This document shows, one piece after another, positions 15,166 through 24,402 of a DNA stretch of 40,324 nt. The first letter of the stretch is position 1, and each line of letters begins with the position of its first letter. Source of the stretch: a virus. Lineage: Duplodnaviria > Caudoviricetes. Both the position numbers and the translations under genes were made by a program. The notes below the pieces were generated by a model. The model did no database searches. It was given only the letters and a program-made list of their open reading frames with translations, and was not told the origin of the DNA. Location: positions 1 through 40,324 of IMG/VR virus record IMGVR_UViG_3300027026_000023. One strand, given 5' to 3'.

Positions 15166-16613
15166 CCGAACAGACCACCCTGCCGCCCCACAATATAGAG
15201 TTGGAACAGGCGCTGCTTGGGGCGGTGCTGACCAATAATGACGCCTATTGGCGCGTGTCGGACTTCCTCGATCCGGGGCATTTCTTCGAGCCGATCCACG
15301 GCAAGATTTTTGAGACCATGGCGTCGCTGATCCGGGTGGGGAAGGCTGCGACCCCGGTGACGCTTAAGACCTTTCTGCCGGAGAAGCTGACGCCTGACCT
15401 GCCCATGATGGCTTATCTGGCCAGAGTGGCATCTGAGGCGGTCTCGGTTCTCAATGCGCCCGATTTTGGCGCGCAAATCCGGTATCTGGCCATGCGGCGT
15501 CAGTTGCTCACCTTTGCCGACATGGTGAAGTCAGTGGCTAGTGATGCGGGGAGCGACCAGACAGGCACTGACCTGATCGAAATTGCCGAGAAGGAGTTGT
15601 TCGCGATCGCTGAGAAGGGCGGCAGCGGCACCGGCGTCCACAGCTTCGGTGAGGCCCTTGTGAAGGCCGTGGACATGGCTGGAAAGGCCTATCAGCGCGA
15701 TGGGCACCTGTCCGGCACCGCCACGGGCCTGAATGACCTCGACAGGCAGATGGGCGGCATGCAGCGCAGCGATCTCATCATCCTGGCGGGGCGGCCGGCC
15801 ATGGGCAAGACTTCGCTCGCCACCAATATCGCCTATCGCGTGGCCTCATCGTTCCGAAGCCAGTTCAAGACCGATGGCACCGAAGAGACGGTCGATGGCG
15901 GCCGCGTGTTGTTCTTCAGCCTGGAGATGAGCAGCGAGCAGCTGGCGACGCGCATTCTCTCCGAACAGGCCGAAGTGGCATCGTCGGATATTCGGCGGGG
16001 CAGGATCCGTGAGGATCAGTTCCAGAAGATTGTCGACACTAGCAATGCGCTCACCCGCCTGCCGCTTTTTATCGACGACACGGGCGGCATGAACATTGCC
16101 CAGCTTTGCGCTCGCGCGCGGCGGCAAAAGCGCCAGTCCGGCGTTGATCTGATCATCGTCGACTATTTGCAGCTGCTTTCAGGTTCTGCCGGCCGTGGCC
16201 CGCAAAACCGGGTGCAGGAGCTGACCGAGATCACCACGGCGCTCAAGGCTCTGGCCAAGGAGCTGGATGTGCCGGTGATGGCCTTGTCGCAGCTCAGCCG
16301 CCAGGTGGAGAGCCGTGACGACAAGCGCCCACAACTGGCGGATTTGAGGGAAAGCGGCTCGATCGAGCAGGACGCCGACGTGGTGCTGTTTGTGTTCCGT
16401 GAGGAATATTACCTGCGGCTCAAAGAGCCCAAAGAAGGTACGCCCGAACACCTCGCCTGGCAGGGCCAGATCGAGCAGGCGCACGGCCGGGCGGAGGTCA
16501 TCATTGGCAAGCAGCGTCATGGCCCGACAGGCACCGTGCGGCTGGCTTTCGAAGCGTGGCTGACGCGCTTTTCCGACATCAAACATTCCACTTCAGGGGA
16601 GCCCATTCCATGA
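15162..16613 (+). CDS. dnaB: Replicative DNA helicase
   Basis: PPHNIELEQALLG, GRPAMGKT, FSLEMS, IVDYLQL, LSQLSR, DLRESGSIEQDAD, KQRHGP. Confidence 0.97.
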   Translation: MTEQTTLPPHNIELEQALLGAVLTNNDAYWRVSDFLDPGHFFEPIHGKIFETMASLIRVGKAATPVTLKTFLPEKLTPDLPMMAYLARVASEAVSVLNAPDFGAQIRYLAMRRQLLTFADMVKSVASDAGSDQTGTDLIEIAEKELFAIAEKGGSGTGVHSFGEALVKAVDMAGKAYQRDGHLSGTATGLNDLDRQMGGMQRSDLIILAGRPAMGKTSLATNIAYRVASSFRSQFKTDGTEETVDGGRVLFFSLEMSSEQLATRILSEQAEVASSDIRRGRIREDQFQKIVDTSNALTRLPLFIDDTGGMNIAQLCARARRQKRQSGVDLIIVDYLQLLSGSAGRGPQNRVQELTEITTALKALAKELDVPVMALSQLSRQVESRDDKRPQLADLRESGSIEQDADVVLFVFREEYYLRLKEPKEGTPEHLAWQGQIEQAHGRAEVIIGKQRHGPTGTVRLAFEAWLTRFSDIKHSTSGEPIP

Positions 16614-17302
16614 GCGAGCGGCCGTTCATGCAGCTCTATGTGTCCGACTTTGTCGGCGACACGTTGCATCTCAGCACCGAGCAGATCGGGGCCTATATGC
16701 TCCTTTTGATGGCCATGTGGAACGCTGGCGGAAAGCTGCCGGCGGAGGATGCCAAGCTCGCTCGCGTGGTGCGCCTGAGTGTCAAAAAGTGGCGGGCAAT
16801 CGCGCCTGATCTGATGCCATTTCTGGACACGGATGGGGTCCAAATCTGGCATAATCGCCTGACAAAAGAGCTCCAAAAAAGCGCGCGTAAAAGTGAAAGG
16901 AGAGCTGCTTCTGGGGCGAAGGGTGGCGACGCTAAGGCCTTGAAATCTAAAGATGAGGGTCTAGCAAATGCTAGCGTTTTGCTACAGCATTCTCCAGATA
17001 CTATAAAAAAAGAAAAAGAAAAAAGATCGCAAAAAGCTAGCAAACCGATAGCAAAACCCGACGCTTCCAATTCGGCGTCCGTGGCTCATCGCGGCCCTCA
17101 GGTCCGGCTGCATCGGGACGATCCTCGTTTCCTCGCCATCGCTCGGCTTCGCGGTGTTGACCCAGCCTCAATGCAGGTCAGCGGCCGAGATGGCTGCTGG
17201 ACATTCGAGCAATCCGAACTCGACCGGGCCTTGGCGCGGGAAGGGCCTGACATCACTGGGCTTTCGAAGGGGATCAACACGAAATTGGAGATGCTGAATT
17301 GA
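16610..17302 (+). CDS. DUF1376/YdaU-family replication initiator
   Basis: PFMQLYVSDFVGDTLHLSTEQIGAYMLLL...LP..DAKLAR N-terminus; internal AT-rich repeat tract; ATGA-coupled to dnaB. Confidence 0.88.
   Translation: MSERPFMQLYVSDFVGDTLHLSTEQIGAYMLLLMAMWNAGGKLPAEDAKLARVVRLSVKKWRAIAPDLMPFLDTDGVQIWHNRLTKELQKSARKSERRAASGAKGGDAKALKSKDEGLANASVLLQHSPDTIKKEKEKRSQKASKPIAKPDASNSASVAHRGPQVRLHRDDPRFLAIARLRGVDPASMQVSGRDGCWTFEQSELDRALAREGPDITGLSKGINTKLEMLN
16955..17060. other. Putative phage replication origin inside the initiator gene
   Basis: TAGCAAA at 16962, 17038, 17049, inverted copy at 16978-16984 and variant TCGCAAA at 17027, flanking an A-rich tract (17005-17024) in otherwise GC-rich DNA. Confidence 0.7.
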
Positions 17303-17922
17303 GCGCGGTGCGGGAAAAACGGGATATCGAGTGGCTGGTGAACTGGGCCTTGGAGAAGCAGTGCATTTGGACGGATACAGGCGATAGCCGAGGGCTTCCC
17401 GGAGTGAGTTCGTCCACGCCCCTGGCGCGAATGATGGCAATGGGGACCGTGGTGCAGAGCAGCAGTGCGCCGCAGGGCATTCGATGGTCGCACCCTGACG
17501 CCATGGTCATCGGGACGGCGATTGAGGGAATGTGGGGCCATGCGGAGATTTCCGACCTGGTTGCGCTTGTGGTCCAGCATGGTCGGCAAGGATCGCGGCC
17601 GGATTGGGGAAAGGATGGCATCGGACGGTATGCACTGGTGACCAAGGGCAACGGCAAGGTCGTGCGGCGCTATGCCGATCAGGTGCGGCAGCGTGGCCTG
17701 ATGGGCTTCGAGTTCGAGTTTGTCGGGCTAACCCATGAGGAGGTGGAGGCGATGATGATTGCCTATGCCGGGTGGTGGGAAACGCTGGTGGCACTGAAGT
17801 CACGGGTCAATCCGCTGCTGACGAAGTTCGAGGCGACAGGGCCAAGTGCCCAGCAATGGCCGTGGGACCACTATGCGGAGAGCGTTATCCACTACCCAAA
17901 AGGTGCATCGAAGGCTGGTTGA
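17299..17922 (+). CDS. Hypothetical protein in the Q (late regulator) position
   Basis: TTG start with GGAG RBS; last early gene before the late promoter/terminator/cos region. Function inferred from position only. Confidence 0.65.
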   Translation: MSAVREKRDIEWLVNWALEKQCIWTDTGDSRGLPGVSSSTPLARMMAMGTVVQSSSAPQGIRWSHPDAMVIGTAIEGMWGHAEISDLVALVVQHGRQGSRPDWGKDGIGRYALVTKGNGKVVRRYADQVRQRGLMGFEFEFVGLTHEEVEAMMIAYAGWWETLVALKSRVNPLLTKFEATGPSAQQWPWDHYAESVIHYPKGASKAG

Positions 17923-17951
17923 CCAAGGGCACTTGCCTTTGGAGAAAAAAA

Positions 17952-17981
17952 TTGACACATATCGGGACAGATAATTAGGAA
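17952..17981 (+). promoter_or_regulatory. Candidate late promoter (pR'-like)
   Basis: Perfect TTGACA at 17952-17957 after an A-tract, with AT-rich GATAATTAGGAAT downstream; -10 spacing is ambiguous. Confidence 0.45.
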
Positions 17982-17985
17982 TCAC

Positions 17986-18021
17986 GAACGCCTCGGCATC
18001 ACCGCCGGGGCGTTTCGTTTT
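17986..18021 (+). terminator. Intrinsic terminator-like hairpin (tR'-like)
   Basis: GAACGCCTCGGC-atcacc-GCCGGGGCGTTT followed by CGTTTT. Confidence 0.7.
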
Positions 18022-18126
18022 GGCGCCTGCCAACCCGATGCTGTTTCGTCTTACGCTGGAGCGATCGAGGGTTGGTGGGTGTCATCCTGCAAATTTGCAG
18101 GAAGTGTGGGGCGAAATCATTCGCGC

Positions 18127-18240
18127 GGGTCCTTCCCCGACCTCGACCGTATGCGGTGCGTCTGAGTGCGGTATTTCGCTAGTTTCTTGAAAATTTGACA
18201 GGGTTGACGCAGTTGACGGACGTGGTGAACACGGTTGACA
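18127..18240 (+). other. Lambda-type cos packaging site (cosQ, cosN, cosB-like repeats)
   Basis: GGGTCCT (lambda cosQ) at 18127-18133; GCGGTATTTCGCTAGTTTCTTGAAAATTT parallels lambda GCGGGTTTTCGCTATTTATGAAAATTT; TTGAC repeats at 18195, 18204, 18213, 18235; directly upstream of terS. Confidence 0.8.
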
Positions 18241-18812
18241 GCGACGCCTCGCTTTGGGTGACGCTGGCTGAGGCGGCGCGGCTGCAGAAGCCGCCGGTTT
18301 CGCGCGCTGCCATGCACAAGCGCGTCAACAAGCTCAAGGCGGCTGGTCGGCTCTCGACTAAGGCGGGTGATCGCGGCACCGTGCTGGTGAACCTGGTGGA
18401 GTTGCAGCGTGCGGTGCGGGACGAAACCGACCCCGCCCAGGCGCTGCGCAATGGCCGGGACGATGCCGATGATACTGATGAGGGCGACGGCAAATCCGGT
18501 GGCGACGCCAGCTACCACAAGTCCCGGGCGCGGCGGGAGGCGTTCAATGCAGAGAATTCGCGCCTCGACCTGGAAGAGCGCCTCGGTAACATCATGTTCC
18601 GCGACGATGTCGAGCGGCGCACAACCGAAGTGTTCCGCAAGCTTCGCGATCGGCTGATGGGTCTGCCGGCGACACTGTCGGAGCGGTTGGCAGCCCAGCC
18701 CGATGCTGTCGCGGTTCGCGGCGTCATGGCGACCGAGCTGCGCAAGGTCCTGGAGAACTTCGCCAAGGACCTGGACCGCATGGCCGAGGATGATGAGGCT
18801 GATGACGAGTGA
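18225..18812 (+). CDS. terS: Terminase small subunit (Nu1-like)
   Basis: N-terminal HTH, coiled coil (RARREAFNAENSRLDLEERLG), LRDRLMGLP; lies between cos and terL. Start uncertain (GTG 18225 chosen). Confidence 0.8.
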   Translation: MNTVDSDASLWVTLAEAARLQKPPVSRAAMHKRVNKLKAAGRLSTKAGDRGTVLVNLVELQRAVRDETDPAQALRNGRDDADDTDEGDGKSGGDASYHKSRARREAFNAENSRLDLEERLGNIMFRDDVERRTTEVFRKLRDRLMGLPATLSERLAAQPDAVAVRGVMATELRKVLENFAKDLDRMAEDDEADDE

Positions 18813-20910
18813 CCTGCATGCGGCCAGCGATGCCCGCATCCGCAACAATGGAAAGGGAATATTTCATGCTGCGGCTCTGGGATTGATGCCGGATCCGCAG
18901 GAGCTGGTTTCAGTCTGGGCGGAGGAGTTCCGCGTTGTGCCGGACATGGGTGCCATACCCGGCCGCTGGCACAATGACGTGGCGCCGGAGCTGGTCGAGA
19001 TCATGGATTGCCTGTCGCCGGATCATCCATGCGAACAGGTCGTTCTGATGAAGCCATCCCAGTCGGGTGGTTCTGCCGTCGCGGAAAACTGGATTGGCTA
19101 CATCATGCACCGGACGCCGGCGCCGACCATGTATGTCGGCCCCACGGTCAGCGCCGCCCAGGACTGGTATCAGGAAAAGCTGGGTCCAACGATCAGTGCC
19201 ACAGATGTGCTGGCCCCTGAAAAGGGCGGCGTGGTGGCCCCGAACAAGTCTCGGTCGGGTGAAGGCTCCACCGGCAAGCGCCTGCGGTTCCGAGGCGGCT
19301 TTCTGCTCTTTGCGGGCGCCAATTCTGCGGCGACACTGCGGCAGCACTCGATCCGGTTCATGGTTCGCGATGACCGGTCCGCCTGGACCGACAACGCCGA
19401 CAATGAGGGCGATCCGAAGGACTTGTCGGATGCCCGCCTCAAGACCTATCGGGTGTTCGGCCTGGCCAAGGTTTTCGATGTGTCTTCGCCCAAATTCGAG
19501 GATGAGGACATCGACGCCGAATACAAGCGCGGCGACCAGCGGCATTATTACCTTGCGTGCCTGGGCTGCGGCGCGCTGGTCGATCTGGCGATCGAGGATC
19601 TTGAGCACAACCCGGTGCCGCCCTATCGGGCGCATTACACCTGCCCTTTGTGCCAACGCGAACACTTCAATGTCGACAAGCGCGACATGAAGGCGCGGGA
19701 GAACGGAGCATGCTGGATTCCGACCGCCGCCGATGCGGATGGCGTCATGCCGCCAAAGGTCATTCCGAAATCGGAGATCGATATCTGGCGTCACAGGGAA
19801 GTTGGGCCTCAGACAGTGGTGTCATTCCGGATGGTTGGCGAGGCCAATACGTTTGAGACCTGGGACAATCTGATCGCCCGCAAGCTCGGTGCCGGAGACG
19901 ACCCGGTCAAGCTGCAGCCGTTCCAGAATTCGGACCTTGGTCGGCCCTATCGGCCAAAGACCGATGTGCCGAGTTGGGAGGCTTTAGCGGCGCGGCGTGA
20001 GCCGGATTGGCATCGTGGCACGGCTCCCGCTGGGGTGCTATATGTCACCCTCACTGCCGACGTCCAGGGCGATGGCATCTATTACGCCTATAAGGGCTGG
20101 GGGCCAAACAAGCAGGTCTGGCACCTGGACTATGGTTTCCTGCCAGGCACAACGGATGCGCCGCTTGAGGGGGCTTGGCCCAAGCTCGACCTGATTGCCG
20201 ATCGCGGCATTCGGTTTGGCTCGGTGCGGGTAGCGCCGGACATGATCGCCGTGGATAGCGGTTACAATGCCCTGGCCGTTTATGCCTGGGTCAAACGCCG
20301 GCATAATGCCCTGGCTATCAAGGGTGAGGATGGCTGGTCAAAGCAGCCGATCTATCGGTCCAAGACGACCGAGACCAAGACGGCAGGGCCCAAGACGGGG
20401 CAGGCCAAGAAGTTTGGGTTGCGCGTCTGGCTGGTCGGCACCTGGGGCATCAAGGGTGCCTTGATGGTGTATCTTGGTCGCGTCCCAGAGGAGGGCAAGA
20501 CCGGGCTACCGAGCGGGTATCAGCATTATCCGGCTGATGCGGAGCAGGAATATTTCGAGCAGCTGACCAGCGAGTATGTCGCTACCGAAACGGTCAATGG
20601 CGAGAAGCGCAGGACCTGGAAGACACGCGGGCCAAACCACTGGCTTGACTGCGCCGTCTACGGTTGGGCGCTCACCCATTATGTGGGTCTGTGGAACTGG
20701 ACCGAGGAACGTTGGCAACAGCGTGCCCGTGAGCTGGCGGAAATGCTGGCCCAGCCGGCAACGGACCTTTTCGAACAGAACCCCGTTGCAGCGCCCGCGG
20801 TCGTACCCGTGGTCGGCGAAGAGGAAAGCACACCGCCGCAGCCTGCGGCGGTGCAAGTCAAACCCAAGCGCGATGATGGGCTCGATGCCCTCAAAGCGCT
20901 CAATCGATAG
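18802..20910 (+). CDS. terL: Terminase large subunit, lambda gpA family
   Basis: WAEEFR...GRW...P.L.EIMD.L, KPSQSGG, GANSAATLR, EGDP, GDQRHYY.ACLGCG, YTCPLC, TADVQ, VDSG, NHWLDCAVYG. Confidence 0.95.
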   Translation: MTSDLHAASDARIRNNGKGIFHAAALGLMPDPQELVSVWAEEFRVVPDMGAIPGRWHNDVAPELVEIMDCLSPDHPCEQVVLMKPSQSGGSAVAENWIGYIMHRTPAPTMYVGPTVSAAQDWYQEKLGPTISATDVLAPEKGGVVAPNKSRSGEGSTGKRLRFRGGFLLFAGANSAATLRQHSIRFMVRDDRSAWTDNADNEGDPKDLSDARLKTYRVFGLAKVFDVSSPKFEDEDIDAEYKRGDQRHYYLACLGCGALVDLAIEDLEHNPVPPYRAHYTCPLCQREHFNVDKRDMKARENGACWIPTAADADGVMPPKVIPKSEIDIWRHREVGPQTVVSFRMVGEANTFETWDNLIARKLGAGDDPVKLQPFQNSDLGRPYRPKTDVPSWEALAARREPDWHRGTAPAGVLYVTLTADVQGDGIYYAYKGWGPNKQVWHLDYGFLPGTTDAPLEGAWPKLDLIADRGIRFGSVRVAPDMIAVDSGYNALAVYAWVKRRHNALAIKGEDGWSKQPIYRSKTTETKTAGPKTGQAKKFGLRVWLVGTWGIKGALMVYLGRVPEEGKTGLPSGYQHYPADAEQEYFEQLTSEYVATETVNGEKRRTWKTRGPNHWLDCAVYGWALTHYVGLWNWTEERWQQRARELAEMLAQPATDLFEQNPVAAPAVVPVVGEEESTPPQPAAVQVKPKRDDGLDALKALNR

Positions 20911-20919
20911 GCGTGCGCG

Positions 20920-21162
20920 ATGAGCCGGAGCCGGGAAGAAATCGAGGCAGATATCGCGGCTCTCCGCGCAGCCAAGAGCGAGCGCATGCTGGGTAAGACA
21001 GCGGCAAAGGTCGGCCACGCAGGCGGATCAGCCGAGTTCGCTTTGGCGAGCTTGTCGGAGATCAATGCCGAGCTGGCGCGGCTGCAACTTGAACTCGCCC
21101 AGGTCACGGGTGCCAAGCATGGTTTGGGACCTGTGCGCGTGGGCTTCGGGAGGCAGTATTGA
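20920..21162 (+). CDS. gpW-like head completion protein
   Basis: 80-aa helix-hairpin-helix protein between terL and portal, as in lambda. Confidence 0.75.
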   Translation: MSRSREEIEADIAALRAAKSERMLGKTAAKVGHAGGSAEFALASLSEINAELARLQLELAQVTGAKHGLGPVRVGFGRQY

Positions 21163-22769
21163 GCAAGCCCCGCATTCGCGTCGCCGCGGGCGATCGGCAC
21201 GGCATCACCGCGCGCCCCGCGAGCCAGGCGAGTGCGCCCCGGTCTGCCTATACCGGCGCTGATCTGGGCAATCAGGCCCTGGCCGGCTGGATGCCAGGGC
21301 TACAATCGTCCGATGCCGAATGGTTGCGGGATCGCCCCGTCACGATCGGCCGCATTCGCGACATGGAGCGTAATGATGGCTGGGTCGCCGCCGGCATCGA
21401 CCGCCAGGTTGATATGCTGGTGGGAGGGTCATTGCGCCTTAATGCCAAGCCGGACGCTGAAGCCCTGGGGATCAGCCGGCCCGAGGCTCATGCCCTTGGC
21501 CGCCAGTTCCAGGCGAGTTTCATGGCATGGGGTAGTGATCCCATCTTTCGCTGTGATGCGGAACGGCAGCTGAACTTTACTGGCCTCGCAGCCTTGGCCG
21601 CGCGGGAGTTCGTTGGTATCGGCGAAAGCTTGTCGGTGCTGCGGTGGCGCCCGCGTATTGGCTGGAACAGCCGGACCGCAGTGCACATGGTGGACCCTGA
21701 CCGGCTGAGCAATCCGAACGGCATGCCGGACAGCGAGACACTGCGCGGCGGGGTAGAAAAAGACGAAGATGGTGCGCCGATCGCTTATCACATCCGGCGC
21801 GGCCACCCTGCCGATGTCTTCGGACTGACTGTCGATCCCTTTTCCTGGGATCGTATCGAGCGCTGGGACCGGGTGGTTCCGGGCTGGGACCGGCCCAAGG
21901 TGCTGCATGTCTATGACAAGCGACGTCCTGGCCAGTCTCGCGGTATTTCCCGGTTCGTCGCCGGCATCCTCAAGAGCCGCATGCTCAGCCGCTACTCGGA
22001 AAACGAAGTCAAGGCGGCGGCGGTCAATGCCTCGATCGTTGGCACAATCTACACCGAGATGGGCGCCGAATATGCGGCCGCCCGCCTGGGAGATGACTCC
22101 GGCACGGATTGGTCCGGGTTTAACTCGCAGCGCGCCGATTTCTATCGCGACCGCAAAGTTCTCGACGATGCGCGGTTCCTGACGCTGTTCCCCAGCGACA
22201 AGGCGGAATTCAACACCCAGCCGCGCCAGACGGCAGGTTACCCCGCCTTCCAGACTGCTTTCCTTCAGGCTTTTGCGGCATCGCTAGGCATTTCCTACGA
22301 GCAGTTGTCCATGGACTGGAGCCGGACAAACTACTCGTCCGCCCGGGCTGCGCTCAATGAAGTGTGGCGCGGCATCATGCGGCTCCGCTCGGTGCTGATC
22401 GCCCAGTTCGCTCAGCCGATCTATGCCGCTTGGCTGGAGGATGCCATCGACCTGGGTGTCGTCGAGCTGCCCGACGGCGCGCCCGACTTCTACGACGCCC
22501 CAGCGGCCTATCTGCGCGCGGACTGGATCGGTCCCGGGCGCGGCTTCATCGACCCGGTCAAGGAAGCCCAGGCCTCTACCCTGCGCCGCGATGGCCGAAT
22601 TTCCACGCTGGCGCGTGAGGCGGCGGAACAAGGCGAGGATTGGGAAGACATTCTCGATCAACAGGCTCGCGAAAACGAGGAAATGCAGCGTTTGGGCATT
22701 GCCGATCCCGAAACCGATGTCGGCATCGTTGCGCGCAGCGATATGCCGGACGATCGCGCCGACAGCTAA
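21159..22769 (+). CDS. Portal protein, lambda family
   Basis: RIRDMERND, RPGQSRGIS, GISYEQLSMDWSRTNYSSARA, GRGFIDPVKE. Confidence 0.95.
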   Translation: MSKPRIRVAAGDRHGITARPASQASAPRSAYTGADLGNQALAGWMPGLQSSDAEWLRDRPVTIGRIRDMERNDGWVAAGIDRQVDMLVGGSLRLNAKPDAEALGISRPEAHALGRQFQASFMAWGSDPIFRCDAERQLNFTGLAALAAREFVGIGESLSVLRWRPRIGWNSRTAVHMVDPDRLSNPNGMPDSETLRGGVEKDEDGAPIAYHIRRGHPADVFGLTVDPFSWDRIERWDRVVPGWDRPKVLHVYDKRRPGQSRGISRFVAGILKSRMLSRYSENEVKAAAVNASIVGTIYTEMGAEYAAARLGDDSGTDWSGFNSQRADFYRDRKVLDDARFLTLFPSDKAEFNTQPRQTAGYPAFQTAFLQAFAASLGISYEQLSMDWSRTNYSSARAALNEVWRGIMRLRSVLIAQFAQPIYAAWLEDAIDLGVVELPDGAPDFYDAPAAYLRADWIGPGRGFIDPVKEAQASTLRRDGRISTLAREAAEQGEDWEDILDQQARENEEMQRLGIADPETDVGIVARSDMPDDRADS

Positions 22770-22784
22770 AAACTGGAGCCAATA

Positions 22785-24341
22785 ATGAGCGATTTGGATC
22801 TGGCGTTGCGGACGCCGGGCAGCGTCGTGCTGCTTGAACCCCGTCGCGCGGCGGCCCTTGCCGAGCGCGCGCTGACCTCGGTGCGGCCCAGTCACGGTGT
22901 CTTGTCACGGGCGCTTGGCGCGATTGGCCTCTCCCCACACGCAGAGCAACGTGAGGAGCGGCCCAACACCCTGGCTATGCCATCCGTGCCATGGGCCGAG
23001 GGTATCGAGTTTGCCGATGGCTATTGCATCATCAACGGCGTGGCGGTGATCGAGATCGAGGGGGTTCTGACACCAAACGGGTATTACGACTGGTGGTCGG
23101 AACGCTGGGTGGCGGGCTACCTCCAGATTGGCGCCACTGCCCGCGCGGCCCGTGCCGATGATCGGGTCAGGGCGCTCTTTGCCCGGGTCAATTCTCCGGG
23201 TGGCATGACCAGTGGTTGCTTCGACCTGGTGTCCGAGCTGGCCGCAGGCAATGCGACTAATGGTGGAAAGCCCTTCTGGGTGCATGCCTCCCTGGTCTGT
23301 TCGGCGGCCTATGCGCTTGCCTGCGCTGCCGACCGCATCCTGGCGCCTGCCGATGGCGATGTCGGTTCGATCGGCGTCTACATCATGCATGTCGACGTCA
23401 GCGAGTGGCTGGCCGAGGTCGGCATCAAGATTGAGGCGATCCAGTCGCATCCGAACAAGACCGATGGTGCCGACTGGAAACCGCTTTCCGAAGAGGCGCG
23501 GGAACACTTGCAATCGGTGGTTGGCGAGATTGCGCGGCGCTTCTCCCTGATCGTGCAGGAGGGGCGTGGATTGAGCGCAGAGCAGGTCGCAGACCTGCGT
23601 GGCCGCTGGTTCCTGGCCGAGCATGCCGATGATGCCATGTCCGGGCTCGCCCTGGGCCTGATCGATGAAATTGCCACTGAACGGCAGGCCTTCGACCTGC
23701 TGGTTGCTTCCCTTCCCGACCTGGATGAGTCCGGTGTGCCGACCGGGACGGGGTCCATAGCGGCGGACTCCGCCGCGCACACCAAAGCCAAGGAGAGCGA
23801 GATGTCGCTTGAAGACGAAGTCAAGAAGCTGCGCGCTGCCGCTGCGCGGGGTGACAAGAAGGCCATTGCCCGGCTGAACCAGATGGGTATTGCCCTGAAG
23901 CCGAAGGCGGCGGCCGATGATGACCCGGATGCGGAACAGGATCCTGATGATCCCAATGCTGAGGACAATCCGGATGACCCGGATGCGGAAGACAATCCGG
24001 ACGATCCCGAGGCCGAGGCGGATGATGATCCGGACGCGGAGGATGAAGACAAGGAGCCCGAAGCCAAGGCCACTGGCGCACGGGCTGGTTCCTACCTCGT
24101 TGGTTCCAAACATGCACGGGGCCGCGAAAAGCTCGCCGGGCAACTGGCGGCCAAGGTCGGCGCCGGGAAGATGAGTTATGGCGATGCCCGGGGCCTGCTC
24201 AAGAGCGCAGCGCGCTCCTCGGCTCTTGGTGCTGCTATGTCGGGCCGGGACCACAATCCCGGCAATGACGCCCCCAACGGCAGGGTTGCCGGTCTGTCCT
24301 CGGCCGTCGATCGCTTCAACGCCAAGCGCGCCGGCAAGTAG
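22785..24341 (+). CDS. Capsid maturation protease (S49, gpC-like) with C-terminal scaffold
   Basis: NSPGG, CSAAY (catalytic Ser), VGSIGVY, GLIDEI; acidic repetitive C-terminal part. Confidence 0.93.
   Translation: MSDLDLALRTPGSVVLLEPRRAAALAERALTSVRPSHGVLSRALGAIGLSPHAEQREERPNTLAMPSVPWAEGIEFADGYCIINGVAVIEIEGVLTPNGYYDWWSERWVAGYLQIGATARAARADDRVRALFARVNSPGGMTSGCFDLVSELAAGNATNGGKPFWVHASLVCSAAYALACAADRILAPADGDVGSIGVYIMHVDVSEWLAEVGIKIEAIQSHPNKTDGADWKPLSEEAREHLQSVVGEIARRFSLIVQEGRGLSAEQVADLRGRWFLAEHADDAMSGLALGLIDEIATERQAFDLLVASLPDLDESGVPTGTGSIAADSAAHTKAKESEMSLEDEVKKLRAAAARGDKKAIARLNQMGIALKPKAAADDDPDAEQDPDDPNAEDNPDDPDAEDNPDDPEAEADDDPDAEDEDKEPEAKATGARAGSYLVGSKHARGREKLAGQLAAKVGAGKMSYGDARGLLKSAARSSALGAAMSGRDHNPGNDAPNGRVAGLSSAVDRFNAKRAGK
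23802..24341 (+). CDS. Nested in-frame scaffolding protein (Nu3-like)
   Basis: AAGGAGAG RBS just upstream of in-frame ATG 23802 (MSLEDEVKKL); same arrangement as lambda C/Nu3. Confidence 0.7.
   Translation: MSLEDEVKKLRAAAARGDKKAIARLNQMGIALKPKAAADDDPDAEQDPDDPNAEDNPDDPDAEDNPDDPEAEADDDPDAEDEDKEPEAKATGARAGSYLVGSKHARGREKLAGQLAAKVGAGKMSYGDARGLLKSAARSSALGAAMSGRDHNPGNDAPNGRVAGLSSAVDRFNAKRAGK
23914..24050 (+). repeat. Degenerate tandem repeat encoding (D/P)DDP(D/N/E)AE units
   Basis: DDDPDAEQ-DPDDPNAED-NPDDPDAED-NPDDPEAEA-DDDPDAED; about 27-nt period. Confidence 0.85.
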
Positions 24342-24402
24342 GCGCTAAACCCGCCGGGGCGGTGTCCCGGCTTTCCCAGCAACTGCAGTGATGGAGGGCC
24401 AA

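Noticed and set aside
23914-24050. Tandem repeats as a CRISPR array
   Set aside because: In-frame degenerate coding repeats without unique spacers; no cas genes.
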